A DNA stretch of 41,287 nt from Octopus bimaculoides. Its lineage: Eukaryota. The notes below the pieces were generated by a model. The model was not told the origin of the DNA, made no database searches, and saw nothing but the letters and a program-made list of their open reading frames with translations. The position numbers and the translations under genes are program-made. Shown here in pieces: positions 25,026-36,444 of the stretch; within the stretch, counting starts at the first letter, position 1; each line of letters begins with the position of its first letter. The stretch covers positions 54,276,766 through 54,318,052 of the forward strand of contig NC_068990.1 of the NCBI RefSeq assembly GCF_001194135.2, written 5' to 3'.

Positions 25026-25532
25026 TTCAGTTTCCACACGGTTTCTAAGTTGCATGCCCTTCCTAACATGATATATATATATATATCTGTTAAAATGGCT
25101 TATTGTTGAGTTTGATTATCTTTCTTTCCCTGATGAGAATATTACATTATTTTACACCATTTATTCCTTTGGAATAATACTAATATTGTCTTTGAAACAT
25201 ATGTCAGAAGTAAAAGAATTTGAATAATACCTGTATTTAACTCCATTTATTTATTTATACTATACAAACTACTGCACATTAACCCGGAGTTTCTGCCTTT
25301 GAACAGGTTGCTACATCCTTGTTACTTGCATGAATTTTTCTACCCCAGTAACTGTTTACTGAATTTTCCGTGTTAACTGTAAACAAAGCAAAAAATTCAC
25401 TCATCCATTTATATATATATAATTTAGAGAAAAACCACTATTAAACAATTCAATAATGAAGAATGTAATTCATACCCTCTAGAAAATAAATATATCATAA
25501 AGACATTATTATAAAAATCAATGAAGTACAAT

Positions 25533-25667
25533 GGTATAAAAATGACTATGCACGTTTCGTGGCTATATTTTCAAATAGATAACTAATAAAACCAATTTGA
25601 TTAATAATCAAATCGACCTACAATTAAATCTATTCAAAAATATAGTCACTCGCCAGGTCTAAAATAC
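25533..25667 (-). ncRNA. Degenerate type-I hammerhead ribozyme-like motif in the 3' region of a Penelope-like element
   Basis: Minus strand: GAC (stem I), CTGGCGA (core CUGANGA with A6 changed to G, 25656-25650), a 91-nt stem II (22-bp arms 25649-25628 and 25580-25559, closed by G-C), GAAAC (25558-25554), GTGC, ATA, then GTC (stem I partner, 25546-25544). Same strand as, and downstream of, the PLE ORF. Confidence 0.6.
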
Positions 25668-25934
25668 AATATAAATAATGATAATAATAAAATCAATATA
25701 TGTATTGTAACTTACAAAAAATATCAAATAAGTATATTAAAAATACTTGTTTTAACAAGAAATAAATAAATAATCGAAAAACATTTAACAATATTTCTTA
25801 AAATAAAATCATAACTTATCTTATCAAAGAAATGCTTTAAAACTAAAATCTAAATGTAATACATAGAACTTAGCGTTTATAAGAAATATATCGCATGAAA
25901 ATATGGCGTAAATAAAAAACTATGGAATAATGAG

Positions 25935-26497
25935 ATCATCATCATCATCGTCGTCATTTAACGTCCGCTTTCCATGCTAGCATGGGTTGGACAATTTAAC
26001 TGAGGACTGGCAAGTCAGCAGGCTGCACCAAGCTCCAATCTGATCTAGCAGAGTTTCTACAGCTGGATGCCCTTCCGAACGCCAACCACTCAGAGAGTGT
26101 AGTGGGTGTTTTTACGTGTACTGGCAATGGTTATGCTCAAAAAGGTGTTTTTACGTGCCACCTGCACGGGAGCCAGTCCAGCGGCACTGGCAACAACCTC
26201 GCTCGAATGATTTTCTAAACATGCCACCAGCACAAGTGCTAGAAGGCGACGCTGGTAACGATTCCACTCAAATGGTGCTATTTACGGGCCACTAGCACAG
26301 AAGCCAGACAGCTGTACTGGCAATGAACACGCTCGGACAGTGCTGTTAGTGCTCCACTGGCACAGGTACCAGTCATCGAGTAGGGTTCAATTATGATTTC
26401 AATTTCACTTGCCCCAACAGGTCTTCACAAGTAGAGTTTGGTGTCCAATGATGGAGAGGTTGGCATGGGTGCCAGTTGTCGGATTCGGTTCGATTTC
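25935..26497 (-). mobile_element. SINE family B with internal ~65-bp tandem units
   Basis: (ATC)n tail plus TTTAACGTCCGCTTTCCATGCTAGCATGGGTTGGAC. About 3.5 diverged 65-bp units at 26146-26375. GC-rich island within about 80% AT flanks. Confidence 0.85.
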
Positions 26498-26851
26498 AAT
26501 GTATTTAAACTGTTAAGATGACAATGTATTTTAGATGTGAGAATAAGAAAAATATTAACTGTAGTGTATCATTTACTTAAAAATTCTAAAGTCTAAATAA
26601 CTTAAATCTAAAATACGTAAAATACATTATATATAATATACAAAAATGAAGCTAAGTTACAATAATTTAATCTATTTTCATTAATTAATTAATTCATTTA
26701 TTTCTTTATTTTATAAACATCTTAGTTTAATCTTATTCTAAATATGTAATACATCCTCTATAATCTCGTGCTAATTTATACACATTCTACTACTACAAAT
26801 CATAACTACAATAATTAGTAACTTAAAATAGGGTTTATATAAATACATAAA

Positions 26852-27630
26852 TTAGCTAAACTTATTATATAAATAATTTAACTTATGTCTGCATTTAATT
26901 TTTCGTTCATCTAGGGAATTAATCAATCTTTTATTATCAGTTAATAATATCTCCTTAAATTCATTAGTACATAATAAACAAAAAGCACTACCTATTCGAT
27001 AAGATTTAGCCTTACAAACTATCTCCCAATTTAAATTGTACATAATATTTTTAGATTTTAATTCCCATATATATTTACTAAGGCCAGTAGAATTAATTAA
27101 ATTTNNNNNNNNNNNNNNNNNNNNNNNNNNNNNNNNNNNNNNNNNNNNNNNNNNNNNNNNNNNNNNNNNNNNNNNNNNNNNNNNNNNNNNNNNNNNNNNN
27201 NNNNNNNNNNNNNNNNNNNNNNNNNNNNNNNNNNNNNNNNNNNNNNNNTCTCTATATGTACAATTAATTATGTTCTGGTCTGTATTATTATTATTGGAAT
27301 AATTACTTGATTTGTTTTCATAAAACTTATTCAGCTTAAATTTATTAAAAGAAGAAATAATATTACCAACATTATTAGTAGGAGAGTAACCAACTCCAAA
27401 ATTATCACTAGAAAAAATGTTATATTTTTTATTATCTCTAAGGAATGCCTCAATTATATTTAAAATTTCTTTAATAATGTTTGTTTAAACTTGAACTCCA
27501 TAAAGAATAATGAACCAAATTTTGTTCTTATTATTTATATTATTACATTTATTTTTTGTATTATAAAATATATTATTATCAATAAAAGAATTAAATTTAA
27601 TCTTACTTTGGTAAGCCTGAGGCTAACGCA
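26852..27630 (-). pseudogene. Penelope-like element (C-terminal GIY-YIG type) ORF fragment: RT C-terminus, linker and endonuclease end
   Basis: Reads AYQSKIKF...KNKIWFIILYGVQV*TNIIKEILNII...NIFSSDNFGVGYSPTNNVGNIISSFNK...NCTYR, a 144-N gap, then STGLSKYIWELKSKNIMYNLNWEIVCKAKSYRIGSAFCLLCTNEFKEI...LINSLDERKIKCRHK. This matches PLE patterns IIWFNPP..VxTNIG, SYSCxxNxxxIIxxHN, STELSKYIWxLK, CxLCxxEK and CRH. Both halves share one frame; one TAA at 27487-27485. Confidence 0.85.
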
Positions 27631-29439
27631 GAAGATGCTTGCCCAGACAAAACTATGTGGTAGGGAAGCATGCATGTTGCATGGGTGGGTGGATGAATAA
27701 CATTATCAAGTGGTAATAATAGTGTGAAGTACTTGTTCTATGCTAGAGAATAAGAATATTATGGGTAATCTATTCAACATAGTCAATAATGCTTCACTGA
27801 ATGTGAAGGTCATTGTTTAGGAAGTTTAAGGAGAGTCAATAAAATTATGGAAGTTGGTAACAGAGCCATATCAATATCAGTTCTTTGAAATATATAACAA
27901 AGTAAAGTTGTAAGATATATATATATATATATATANNNNNNNNNNNNNNNNNNNNNNNNNNNNNNNNNNNNNNNNNNNNNNNNNNNNNNNNNNNNNNNNN
28001 NNNNNNNNNNNNNNNNNNNNNNNNNNNNNNNNNNNNNNNNNNNNNNNNNNNNNNNNNNNNNNNNNNNNNNNNNNNNNNNNNNNNNNNNNNNNNNNNNNNN
28101 NNNNNNNNNNNNNNNNNNNNNNNNNNNNNNNNNNNNNNNNNNNNNNNNNNNNNNNNNNNNNNNTATATATATATAAAATGCCACACATAACAATAATACA
28201 AAAAATAAGTTGTTCTAAGTAATAAACTGGTGCTGAATTCAGAGTACAAGACTCAATACTGCTTTACAGGAAAAAAAAGTTGAAATCAATGATTCTCAAT
28301 ATCATAGTTCATCAATAATAATTGATACCACGAAAGATATTTGTATCCTCCTCAAGTGTTAGATAAAAGATGAAAAAATCTATAAGGATTGGCAGTGTCC
28401 TTTTCATTAGAGAAATAAAGACATTTTTGTTTTTCATTGATGCTTTCCTAGTCTCTCTCCCCACCTCTCTCTCTAAGTGTCTGTGAGTCTATAAACTTCC
28501 AGAATTAGAATGAAAAAAATAACTATAGTATTCCTGTAACAGTTTCTTCTTCAATGAACAAGCCTTTCTACAGTAGAAATATTTTAGTAAGAAGTCACTT
28601 GTGTAAGTTTTAAAATAGAGTATAAACAGCATAATTTATTCTTTATAAAGAACAAACAATTACTATCTTGTATTTGTTGATGAAGAGAAGAAATTCAACA
28701 GGTTTTTTTAACAGGGAAATGAAAAAACCACATGTAAAAATCATAAACGAGAAAGCTATAATTAAACTTTGTAATTAAAAATTAGTTCTAAGTTCAGAAA
28801 ACTTTAATATAGGTGAGTTTCTATGAAAGCTTAATCTTTGACTAACTGTTCTGTTTCCATCCTCACTGGTTTAAATGTAGCTACATTCAAATTTGGAAAG
28901 GAAGGCTTCAGTTATAAGTGAGCAGCTGAGTTGGAGATAATAACTGGCAAATGGCAAATAAGCTTTAAAGAAACGGCCTTGTTTGATGTAATTGGTAACT
29001 CTTGATCATGTAAGTCAGTACAAAACAATATAGTAAAAAGAAAAAGCATGAAATAAGGAAATAGGATTTTATGTATACTAGCTGCCCTATCAAGACTCAA
29101 GGAATGAAAGTTTTTGCTTTCTGAGACTAAACCTTTTTCACTGAAGTCTTCACATTTCATATTGATACTGAACAATATCAATCATAATAATGGTATTGGA
29201 TTTCCATTAAAAAGAGATAAGTAGCAGTAGTCATGGTAAACTTAAGGCATCACACTTAGATGTGAACATGTAGACATCTTGATGTACAGATGTCATTTGT
29301 AAAGGACCAGTATCTGTATGATGAGTAGATTTGTATAGTATGTGTGTAAGTGTATAAAATGTGTGTGTTCTTATACAGTGTATGTATATGTAGAGTATGA
29401 GAGTTTGTATAGAGTATGTGTGTGAATATGTATTCAAGA

Positions 29440-29718
29440 AGACCTATCTGCCACAGCAGAATTGATACCGATGCTGATGCCACATAGAAAGTACTTGTGC
29501 TGTTGCCACATAGAAAGCACCGGTATTGGTGCCACATAAAAGCACCTCCAACACTCTGTAAAGTAGTTGGCATTAGGAAGGGCATCCAGCCATAGAAACT
29601 ACACCATTGAAACTAAACTAGAACAGACAATGGAGCCTGGTGTGGCCCCTGGCCTTACCAGCTCCAGTCAAACCATCCAACCCATGCCAGCATGGAAAAT
29701 GGACATTAAATGATGATG
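29440..29718 (+). mobile_element. SINE family B, 3' part with short internal tandem repeats
   Basis: GCCACATA(G/A)AA repeated three times, then GTAAAGTAGTTGGCATTAGGAAGGGCATCCAGCC...CCAACCCATGCCAGCATGGAAAATGGACATTAAATGATGATG. Confidence 0.87.
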
Positions 29719-29789
29719 GTGTGTGTATATGTGTATACATGTATAATATATATGTATACACATCTTGTTCAGTTAGTGTTTAGTGCCCC

Positions 29790-30170
29790 ATACCACATGC
29801 AACAGCAAGTTTATGTTGGTCCACAGTTGTAGTTACCTAAATAATTGAAGATAGGGAATTATGAAACAAGTTAGGTTGACTGAACAAATAAGAAAGAAAG
29901 ACACAAGTTGAGTGAGAAGTGGAAGAAAGATCAGATGTAGAATTAACAGTACAGTCTGTTAGTTTGAAATGAGTCACCTGAACTGGAGATCTTTATAATC
30001 AGTAAGGTGTGGGAGTGGAGTGGAGGAGACTGCAAGAATATAAACGGATATCAGTTGAATAACTGAAAATAAAGGATTAATAAAGTGAAGTCAGTGGTTT
30101 AACAGCTCCAACTTTAGATGAGTCAACAGTATAAAATTGGAGAGTTCAAAATTTGGTAACAGAAGTTTCA
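29790..30170 (-). mobile_element. Decayed CR1/L2-like LINE 3' relic
   Basis: Purine-rich plus strand; minus-strand pieces such as LFHNSL resemble the LWNSLP C-terminal motif. Not frame-continuous. Confidence 0.3.
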
Positions 30171-30887
30171 ATTCAATGAGAAAAAAAAAAAAAAATTTAA
30201 ACAAAACAAACGAGAAAAAAAAATGAAAGAAAAATTTTAAGTATCCATACAAATTATTCATTAAGAAAATTCTACTCTCATTATTATTATTATTATTATT
30301 CCCTGAGAATATATGCTTGAAATTGCAAAGAGCAAATCAGACATCAAATAATGTTTTCCGCAGACAAAACTCCATTGATTCTAGCATCTAATGTTTCCAT
30401 AGCTGCATTAATGCTATGGAATGTAAAGTAATGACTCAGCAGACAAGAGGACAGAGTTCCATTATTGAAGTGAAGTATGCTTCCATATAACAACAACTAG
30501 TTGGCCTGCCTGGCTGCTTGCAAACTGGATGGATACCAGCATAATGCTGCTAACCCATGGTAACAGTGAGGTTGTCAAAGTGATTTCAGAATCTGGAGCC
30601 TATCAAAACATTCATCATCATCATCATCATGGCTACAATAGTACTTTGTCATTGATATCTAATATTAATATAAGCAGGATTTTAAAATTATCAAATAAAG
30701 ATGAACCATATAAAAATCTTGTTTATATTCGATAATTAAAATTTGAAAACTATTAATTTTTCTAACTATATTTTTCATCTAAAATCATTTAACCATATGT
30801 TTGGAATCCTAAGATTCCTAGAAGGAAATGAAAGTAGTGACATTCATGTCTTTTCTGAAGCTGCATAAATAAAATGAAATAATTCCA

Positions 30888-31085
30888 TTATCATCATCAT
30901 TCAATGTCCATTTTCCACGTTGGCATGAGTGGAATGGTTTGTCAAGATCCAACAAGTGAAAGGACTGCATCAAGCTTGTGTCAGCTTTAGCATGGTTTCT
31001 GCTGATGGATGCACTTCCTAACAGTGTGTCACATGAAAAGCACCCAGTGTGTATTGGGTGAGACCAGCACCAGTGAGGTTGCAAT
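30888..31085 (-). mobile_element. SINE family B, degenerate 3' part
   Basis: (ATC)n, then TCAATGTCCATTTTCCACGTTGGCATGAG...CATGGTTTCTGCTGATGGATGCACTTCCTAAC. Confidence 0.78.
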
Positions 31086-31500
31086 GAAATTTATTAGGCA
31101 AGAAAAAAAAAGCTTCCTTAGCTGAGAGGAGTGTATTTGAGAGGTGGGGAGGTGACATTCTGAGGGCGGGACAAACACAGGTGTTTTTCTATAGAGATGA
31201 TACATGGCTGTGAACTCTAGAATAGATATTCTATACAAATTGACGAGGAGAATGAAAAGTAGTGTCATCTCTCTTCAGTTCTTTTGAGTGGGTATAATGT
31301 AAAGCTATTATTATTTAGAGAATTAAGCATCAATGGAACTAACCCTAGAGGGATGAAAAGCAAATCAGGTGAAGTGCAAAGTATATGTATAAAACTTACT
31401 GTGGTATTTAACTTATTGTCTGCCATGTCTACCAACTGCTGCAGATGAAATTTATCAATAACTTAGAATAGTAGGGCATTTAACCCTTTTCAAATGGAAA

Positions 31501-31722
31501 TTAAATCTTTTTGATACCATCATACTTGAGAACTCCCCTGGATCTGAGACCAACATCTCGTTCTAAAGTGATCTAATTTAAAACCTCCCATCAAAATTAC
31601 ATGTTAATTTGTTTCAAATACCAACTTAATAATGATAATGTTTATTTTACTAAATTTTTCATTATCTTCAAAATTAATTGAAACAATGTATTTCAACAGT
31701 AATATGGTAACAAAATTTATTA
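31501..31722. mobile_element. MITE-like repeat family 1
   Basis: Starts TTAAATCTTTTTGATACC and ends near ATATGGTAACAAAA; collinear with 7675-7900. Confidence 0.65.
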
Positions 31723-32485
31723 TCAGGCCATGCTTTTTTTTTTCCTTGGTTGCTAAAGACACATTCCTTTTTTTTTTCTTGGTTGCTAAAGACACATTCC
31801 TGGAAGGACTGTGTCTTTAAACTGGAAAAAAGACACCACAAAATACATTTTTACTAATATAACTCGGTATTTCTACTATTTCATTCACCATGCCCACTAA
31901 CATAGCTTGGTGTACTACTGTTTCATTTACCATTTCCACTAATGGTGATAATCAATATTAAAAGAAAATCGAAGAGTTCAATACACAAAAATGAAATCAC
32001 TAAGAAATATTTTCAATTTATTTTTTCAAATCTGAGTTTAATCTTCATTTAAGAAAAAGTTTTTTTTAAATAAGATGATGTCGAAATAATGAAAGGGTGA
32101 GATATTGAGAGCGTAATCTGAAGTTAAAGGTATCTAATTGAAAACACCACAGGAAATTACCTAACCCAGGCCTTCTAGCAATGAAACTGTTTTATATGAT
32201 TTTATTTCATTGTTCCTATCTTCTAATGATTAGAAAAATTCAATAAGCATTGCTTTAATAACAACGCATTAAGAGTAACAGATGGAGAATGGAGCAGCAA
32301 CAAGAGAAGAAGGAAGATTTTGATATGGGTGAGAGACAGGTCAGGAATACTATGTTAAACAGTATTTTATTCACACAAAAATCAAAAATAAAGTTTGTTT
32401 ATTTGAAAAAAAATGTCTTATTATTTTTTGCATAATAGTCATACTTTGTGTAAACAGGAAAAATGATTGTCAGTCTACTGTTGCT

Positions 32486-32613
32486 TCATCATCATCATCA
32501 TTTAACGTCCGCTTCCATGCTAGCATGGGTTGGACAATTTGACTGAGGACTGGTGAGCCAGATGGCTACACCAGGCTCCAATCTGATTTGGCAGAGTTTC
32601 TACGACTGGATAT
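32486..32613 (-). mobile_element. SINE family B, young 3' fragment, abruptly truncated
   Basis: Nearly identical to 25935-26070 up to CTACGACTGGAT, where similarity stops. Confidence 0.88.
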
Positions 32614-33032
32614 GCATAAATTATCATAATTTTCATAATTTCTAATTTTGGCTGTTGCGGTGGAGAATTTTTTTATTTTTTATTTTTTGCTAGACAGAAA
32701 TAGTAAAAACTGGTAAAATAGTAAAAGGACTGGGAATATGGGCTCCTCAAGGAAACAAATATTCAGTAATATTGTAAACCTAAATCTGCTTCAGAGATAC
32801 AGCGGTGTTACTTATCCAATAAATGCTTTTTCTCTCTGCAACATTTTAAAACCTTTAAGTCTTGTTAGTTCTCACACAAATGGCTAATTCAGAACCTCTG
32901 TTTTTAGGCCACACCTATTCAATAATGTTTTCAAAATGGCCAGATGTTTCTTTGTTCTGTCCAAAGTACATAAGTATTTTTTTGTTGTGGAGGGGAAATC
33001 TGTTGCAGAAAAAGTGTGAAGTCCTAGTGTAA

Positions 33033-33150
33033 ACAGTCTGTAGTCTTGAGCAGATACGTTGTGTGGATAGAGAATGTCCAAAATGTGGAGTCACTGAGCC
33101 AGTAGATGAAGTGTTTGCTGAACCTAATGAAGATTCCATGGTAGCTTACT
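33033..33150 (+). other. Cys-rich coding relic in frame with the downstream retrotransposon ORF (possibly a DNA transposase fragment)
   Basis: TVCSLEQIRCVDRECPKCGVTEPVDEVFAEPNEDSMVAYY (C-x6-C-x4-C-x2-C) resembles, by eye, the Cys cluster of Sola2-like transposases. Not a known part of the HERO N-terminus as far as I know. Confidence 0.3.
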
Positions 33151-33158
33151 ATCCAATC

Positions 33159-36100
33159 ATGACAGGCAATCCACAACGAACACCAAGTTTGGACACGGAC
33201 CACATGGAATTTCCCTGTGTCTGTGGAAGGAAGTTCTCGACTATGCAAGGTATGAAGATCCACAGGACAAAAAAGGGATGCATGAATACTCACATGTGTG
33301 AACAGTAGCACTCTGCTTCAGCGGATAAGACGTTGGAAGACCAAGGCCAAGAAGAAAACCAAAGTGCCATGGACATTCATGCTCTCACTTCAGATGAGGA
33401 GATAGTGCAAGTCCTCGATGCCAAGCATGAGAAGCTAAGCCTACCACCGGCTAATGCCAAAGATCAATGGGAGGAGCTAGACAAACAACTTGTCACAAAA
33501 CTTGACGCCTTGATAGGGAAAAGTACTCTGGAACACAAACTAGCCACATATGGAGACATAGTGTACGCAACCTGCAGAGACATCCTTGGGGTAAAAAAGC
33601 CAAAAGAGAAGAAGCCACTTCAGAAATCCAGATGACAGGACATGATGGAGGACATTAGGATTCAGAGGACTAACCTACAGAAACAACTAAAGATTACCTC
33701 TGATACTGAGTAGCATGGCCTACATGAACTCTGGCAAGACTTGAAAACCAAATATAGTGCCCTTAGTAAAGTGGAAACTGTGAGGAAAAAGATTAAGTGG
33801 AAAAAGACGCATAACCGCTTCTTCAAAGGCCCGTTCCGATTCGCTAGGATGCTGTTTGAGCAGCCAAAGTCTGGAACACTGACTGTTGATAAAGACGTGC
33901 TTGAACAGCACCTTAAAGAAACACACTCACAGCCCCAGAAAGACACCCCGCTTAACATCGTCCCAGGCCTAGTTGAACCTGGCAGACCAACAACAGCATT
34001 CAACAACAAGCCACCCACGTTGAAGGAGATGAGGAAGGTGGCTGAGAAAGCCAGAACCAAGTCCATGCTGGGGCCAAACAGAATATCGTACCTTCTGTAC
34101 AAGAAATGCCCCAAAGTCCTGGCATGGCTCCAAAGAATGTTATGGTCAGCCTGGAGGAACAAGAAGGTCAGTGCCTAATGGATGATGGCTGACGGTGTCT
34201 ACATCCCCAAAGAACAGAACTCAAGCACCATCAACCAGTTCAGACCCATCTCACTCCTGAACGTTGAAGAGAAGATGTTCTTCTCTGTCATGGCTGCCAG
34301 ACTGATCAGCTACCTGCTGGAAAACAACTATCTGGATGTCTGTCCAGAAGGGAGGCATATCGGGAATACCCTAGAACACACCGTGATGATTTGAGATGCA
34401 ATCCAGAAAGCCAAGGCAGGAAAGAAAGACCTTGACGTCATATGGCTTGACCTTGCCAACACATATGGATCGGTGCCACACGATATGATCCAGATGTCTC
34501 TCCAAGCATACCACATGCTGCCCAACACCCAAGAAATGTTGAAAAGCTACTTTAATGGATTCTTGATGCGGTTCTCAACAAAGGAGTACACAACCAGCTG
34601 GATAGACCTGGATGTTGGCATCGCCATGGGATGTGCCATCTCTCCCACCCTGTTCGTGCTGGTAATGTAAGTCCTACTGAAGGCAGCTTCTGGTGGTGCC
34701 AAACCGGCAGACCTCAACAATGGCTACCGGACACCTCCCCTGAAAGCCTTCATGGACGATACTACCCTCATCTCAACAAAGGAGAAAAACACCCGCAAAA
34801 TCCTGGAGAGACTACACAAGGTGGCTGCTGCAGCCAGGATGCTGTTCAAACCAAAGAAGTCGAGAAGCCTATCCCTGTGCAAGGGAAAAGTGAATGAGTC
34901 AGTGACCTTCAGTGTTGTGGACCAAGTCATCCCAACAGTTTCCGAGGAACCAGTCAAAAGCCTGGGAAGATGGTATGACTCTTCCCTGAAAGACACACAC
35001 CGAGGAAAAGAGACCATTAAAATGACTGAGGAAGGCCTTGAGACCATTGACTCGTGCAGCCTTCCTGACAAATACAAGGTCTGGTGCCTGCAGTTCATGC
35101 TTATCCCCAAACTCCTCTGGCCACTGTTGATATATGACATTTGCTTGAGCTCGGTGGAAACCATGGAAGCAAAAATCAACAAGTATACAAGGAAATGGCT
35201 TATCGTCCCACCCAGTCTCACAGATGTCACGCTCTACTGCCACCAGGCAAAGCTGAAACTTCCTTTGAAGTCAATCCTGGAAGATTATAAGGCAGGGAAA
35301 GCCAGACTCCTCAGCATGCTTGAAGATTCAACAGACCTGATCGTGAGAGCTGTCCAATCCAAGCTGAAAACAGGCAAGAAGTGGAAGGTGAAGGAAGCTG
35401 TAGAGGTAGCTAAGGAGAGCCTAAGGATGAAAGAGATCATTGGGCACACTCAGACAAACAGACAAGGCCTAGGATCCTCTAAAATGGAATGGTGGTCCAA
35501 GACCAAAGGAAAAGCAAAGAGAAACTTGGTGATCCAAGAGATCAGGGGAGAGGAAGACAAAGGAAAGCTCTAGAAGGCAGTGCAACAAAGTCAGCAGGGA
35601 CAATGGACAACATGGGCAAGTGCTCTTCAAAGAAGCTTGAACTGGAACGACCTGTGGCACATGGCTCCACTCAGGATCAACTTCATTCTTAGATCAGTGT
35701 ATGACCTCCTACCCTCAAATGCCAACCTCGTAAAAGGGGGGAAATCAGAGGACCTCTCCTGTCCGCTCTGCAACGCAAGAGGAGTACGTTCTCAGCTCTT
35801 GCAAAGCAGCCCTCACTCAAGGGAGATACACTTGGAGGCACCACCAAGTGCTGAAAGAGTTTGCTGAAGCAATCAAATTCAATACGACCAAGAGCAAAGG
35901 ATGATGCACAGAACCTGAGATGTGGTTTCATGTGACAGGAGGAAAGAAAACTTGGCCAACTACAAACATCCTATGTAGATCCTGCAGACAAGGCCTGCTG
36001 AATGAAGCAGGTGATTGGGAGTGTGCTGCAGATCTGCCAGAGTGGAACAACTACCCAGAGGTCATCAAGGAGACTGGCTCGAGACCTGACATAGTGCTCC

Positions 36101-36423
36101 ACTCCCAGAATGCCAAGGAGATCCTCCTGATCGAACTCACTGTTCCTTACGAAACTAGGAATGAAGATGCCCATGTCTATAAGACAGAAAAGTACACTGA
36201 CTTGGCCAGAGACCTGAGGGACGCTGGATTCAAAACCAAAGTCTCCACAGTTGAGGTTGGCATCAAGGGATTTGTAGGCTCATCTGCCTACAGCCTCATG
36301 AAACAGCTATTCATCTCTGGAAGAAGCAGGACTAGAACCTTGAGGGCCATGGGAGAAACGGCAGAGAAGGCCTCAAGTTGGATCTGGTCTAGGAAGAACA
36401 AAGGCCAACTTCATAAGGCTTAA
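33159..36423 (+). pseudogene. HERO-like (R2 superfamily, RLE) non-LTR retrotransposon single ORF, pseudogenised
   Basis: N-terminal finger CVCGRKFSTMQGMKIHRTKKGC. RT motifs GPNRISY, DGVYIPKE, FRPISLLNVE, WLDLANTYGSVPH, GIAMGCAISP, AFMDD, LPDKYKVWCLQFMLIPKLLWPL. Zinc knuckle CPLC...EYVLSSC...RYTWRH. RLE motifs RPDIV...IELTVP...KTEKY...VEVGIKGF. Eight premature stops (33306, 33633, 33711, 34176, 34392, 34668, 35571, 35902), a compensated frameshift pair at about 34338-34372 and a frameshift near 35780. Confidence 0.93.
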
Positions 36424-36444
36424 TTTGTCCTAATGCAAGCGAGT

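Noticed and set aside
27485-27487. Alternative genetic code (TAA read as Gln) or selenocysteine recoding in the PLE
   Set aside because: It is a single TAA, not TGA, and the ORF ends at a normal stop; a point mutation is sufficient.
17506-28249. Long ORFs containing X runs (17506-18121, 21106-21623, 27036-27302, 27810-28249)
   Set aside because: Artefacts of N gaps and flanking microsatellites.
33662-36174. Minus-strand and alternate-frame ORFs over the HERO element (e.g. 33662-34162, 34724-35230, 34899-35243)
   Set aside because: Shadow ORFs of a GC-richer coding region; no motifs.
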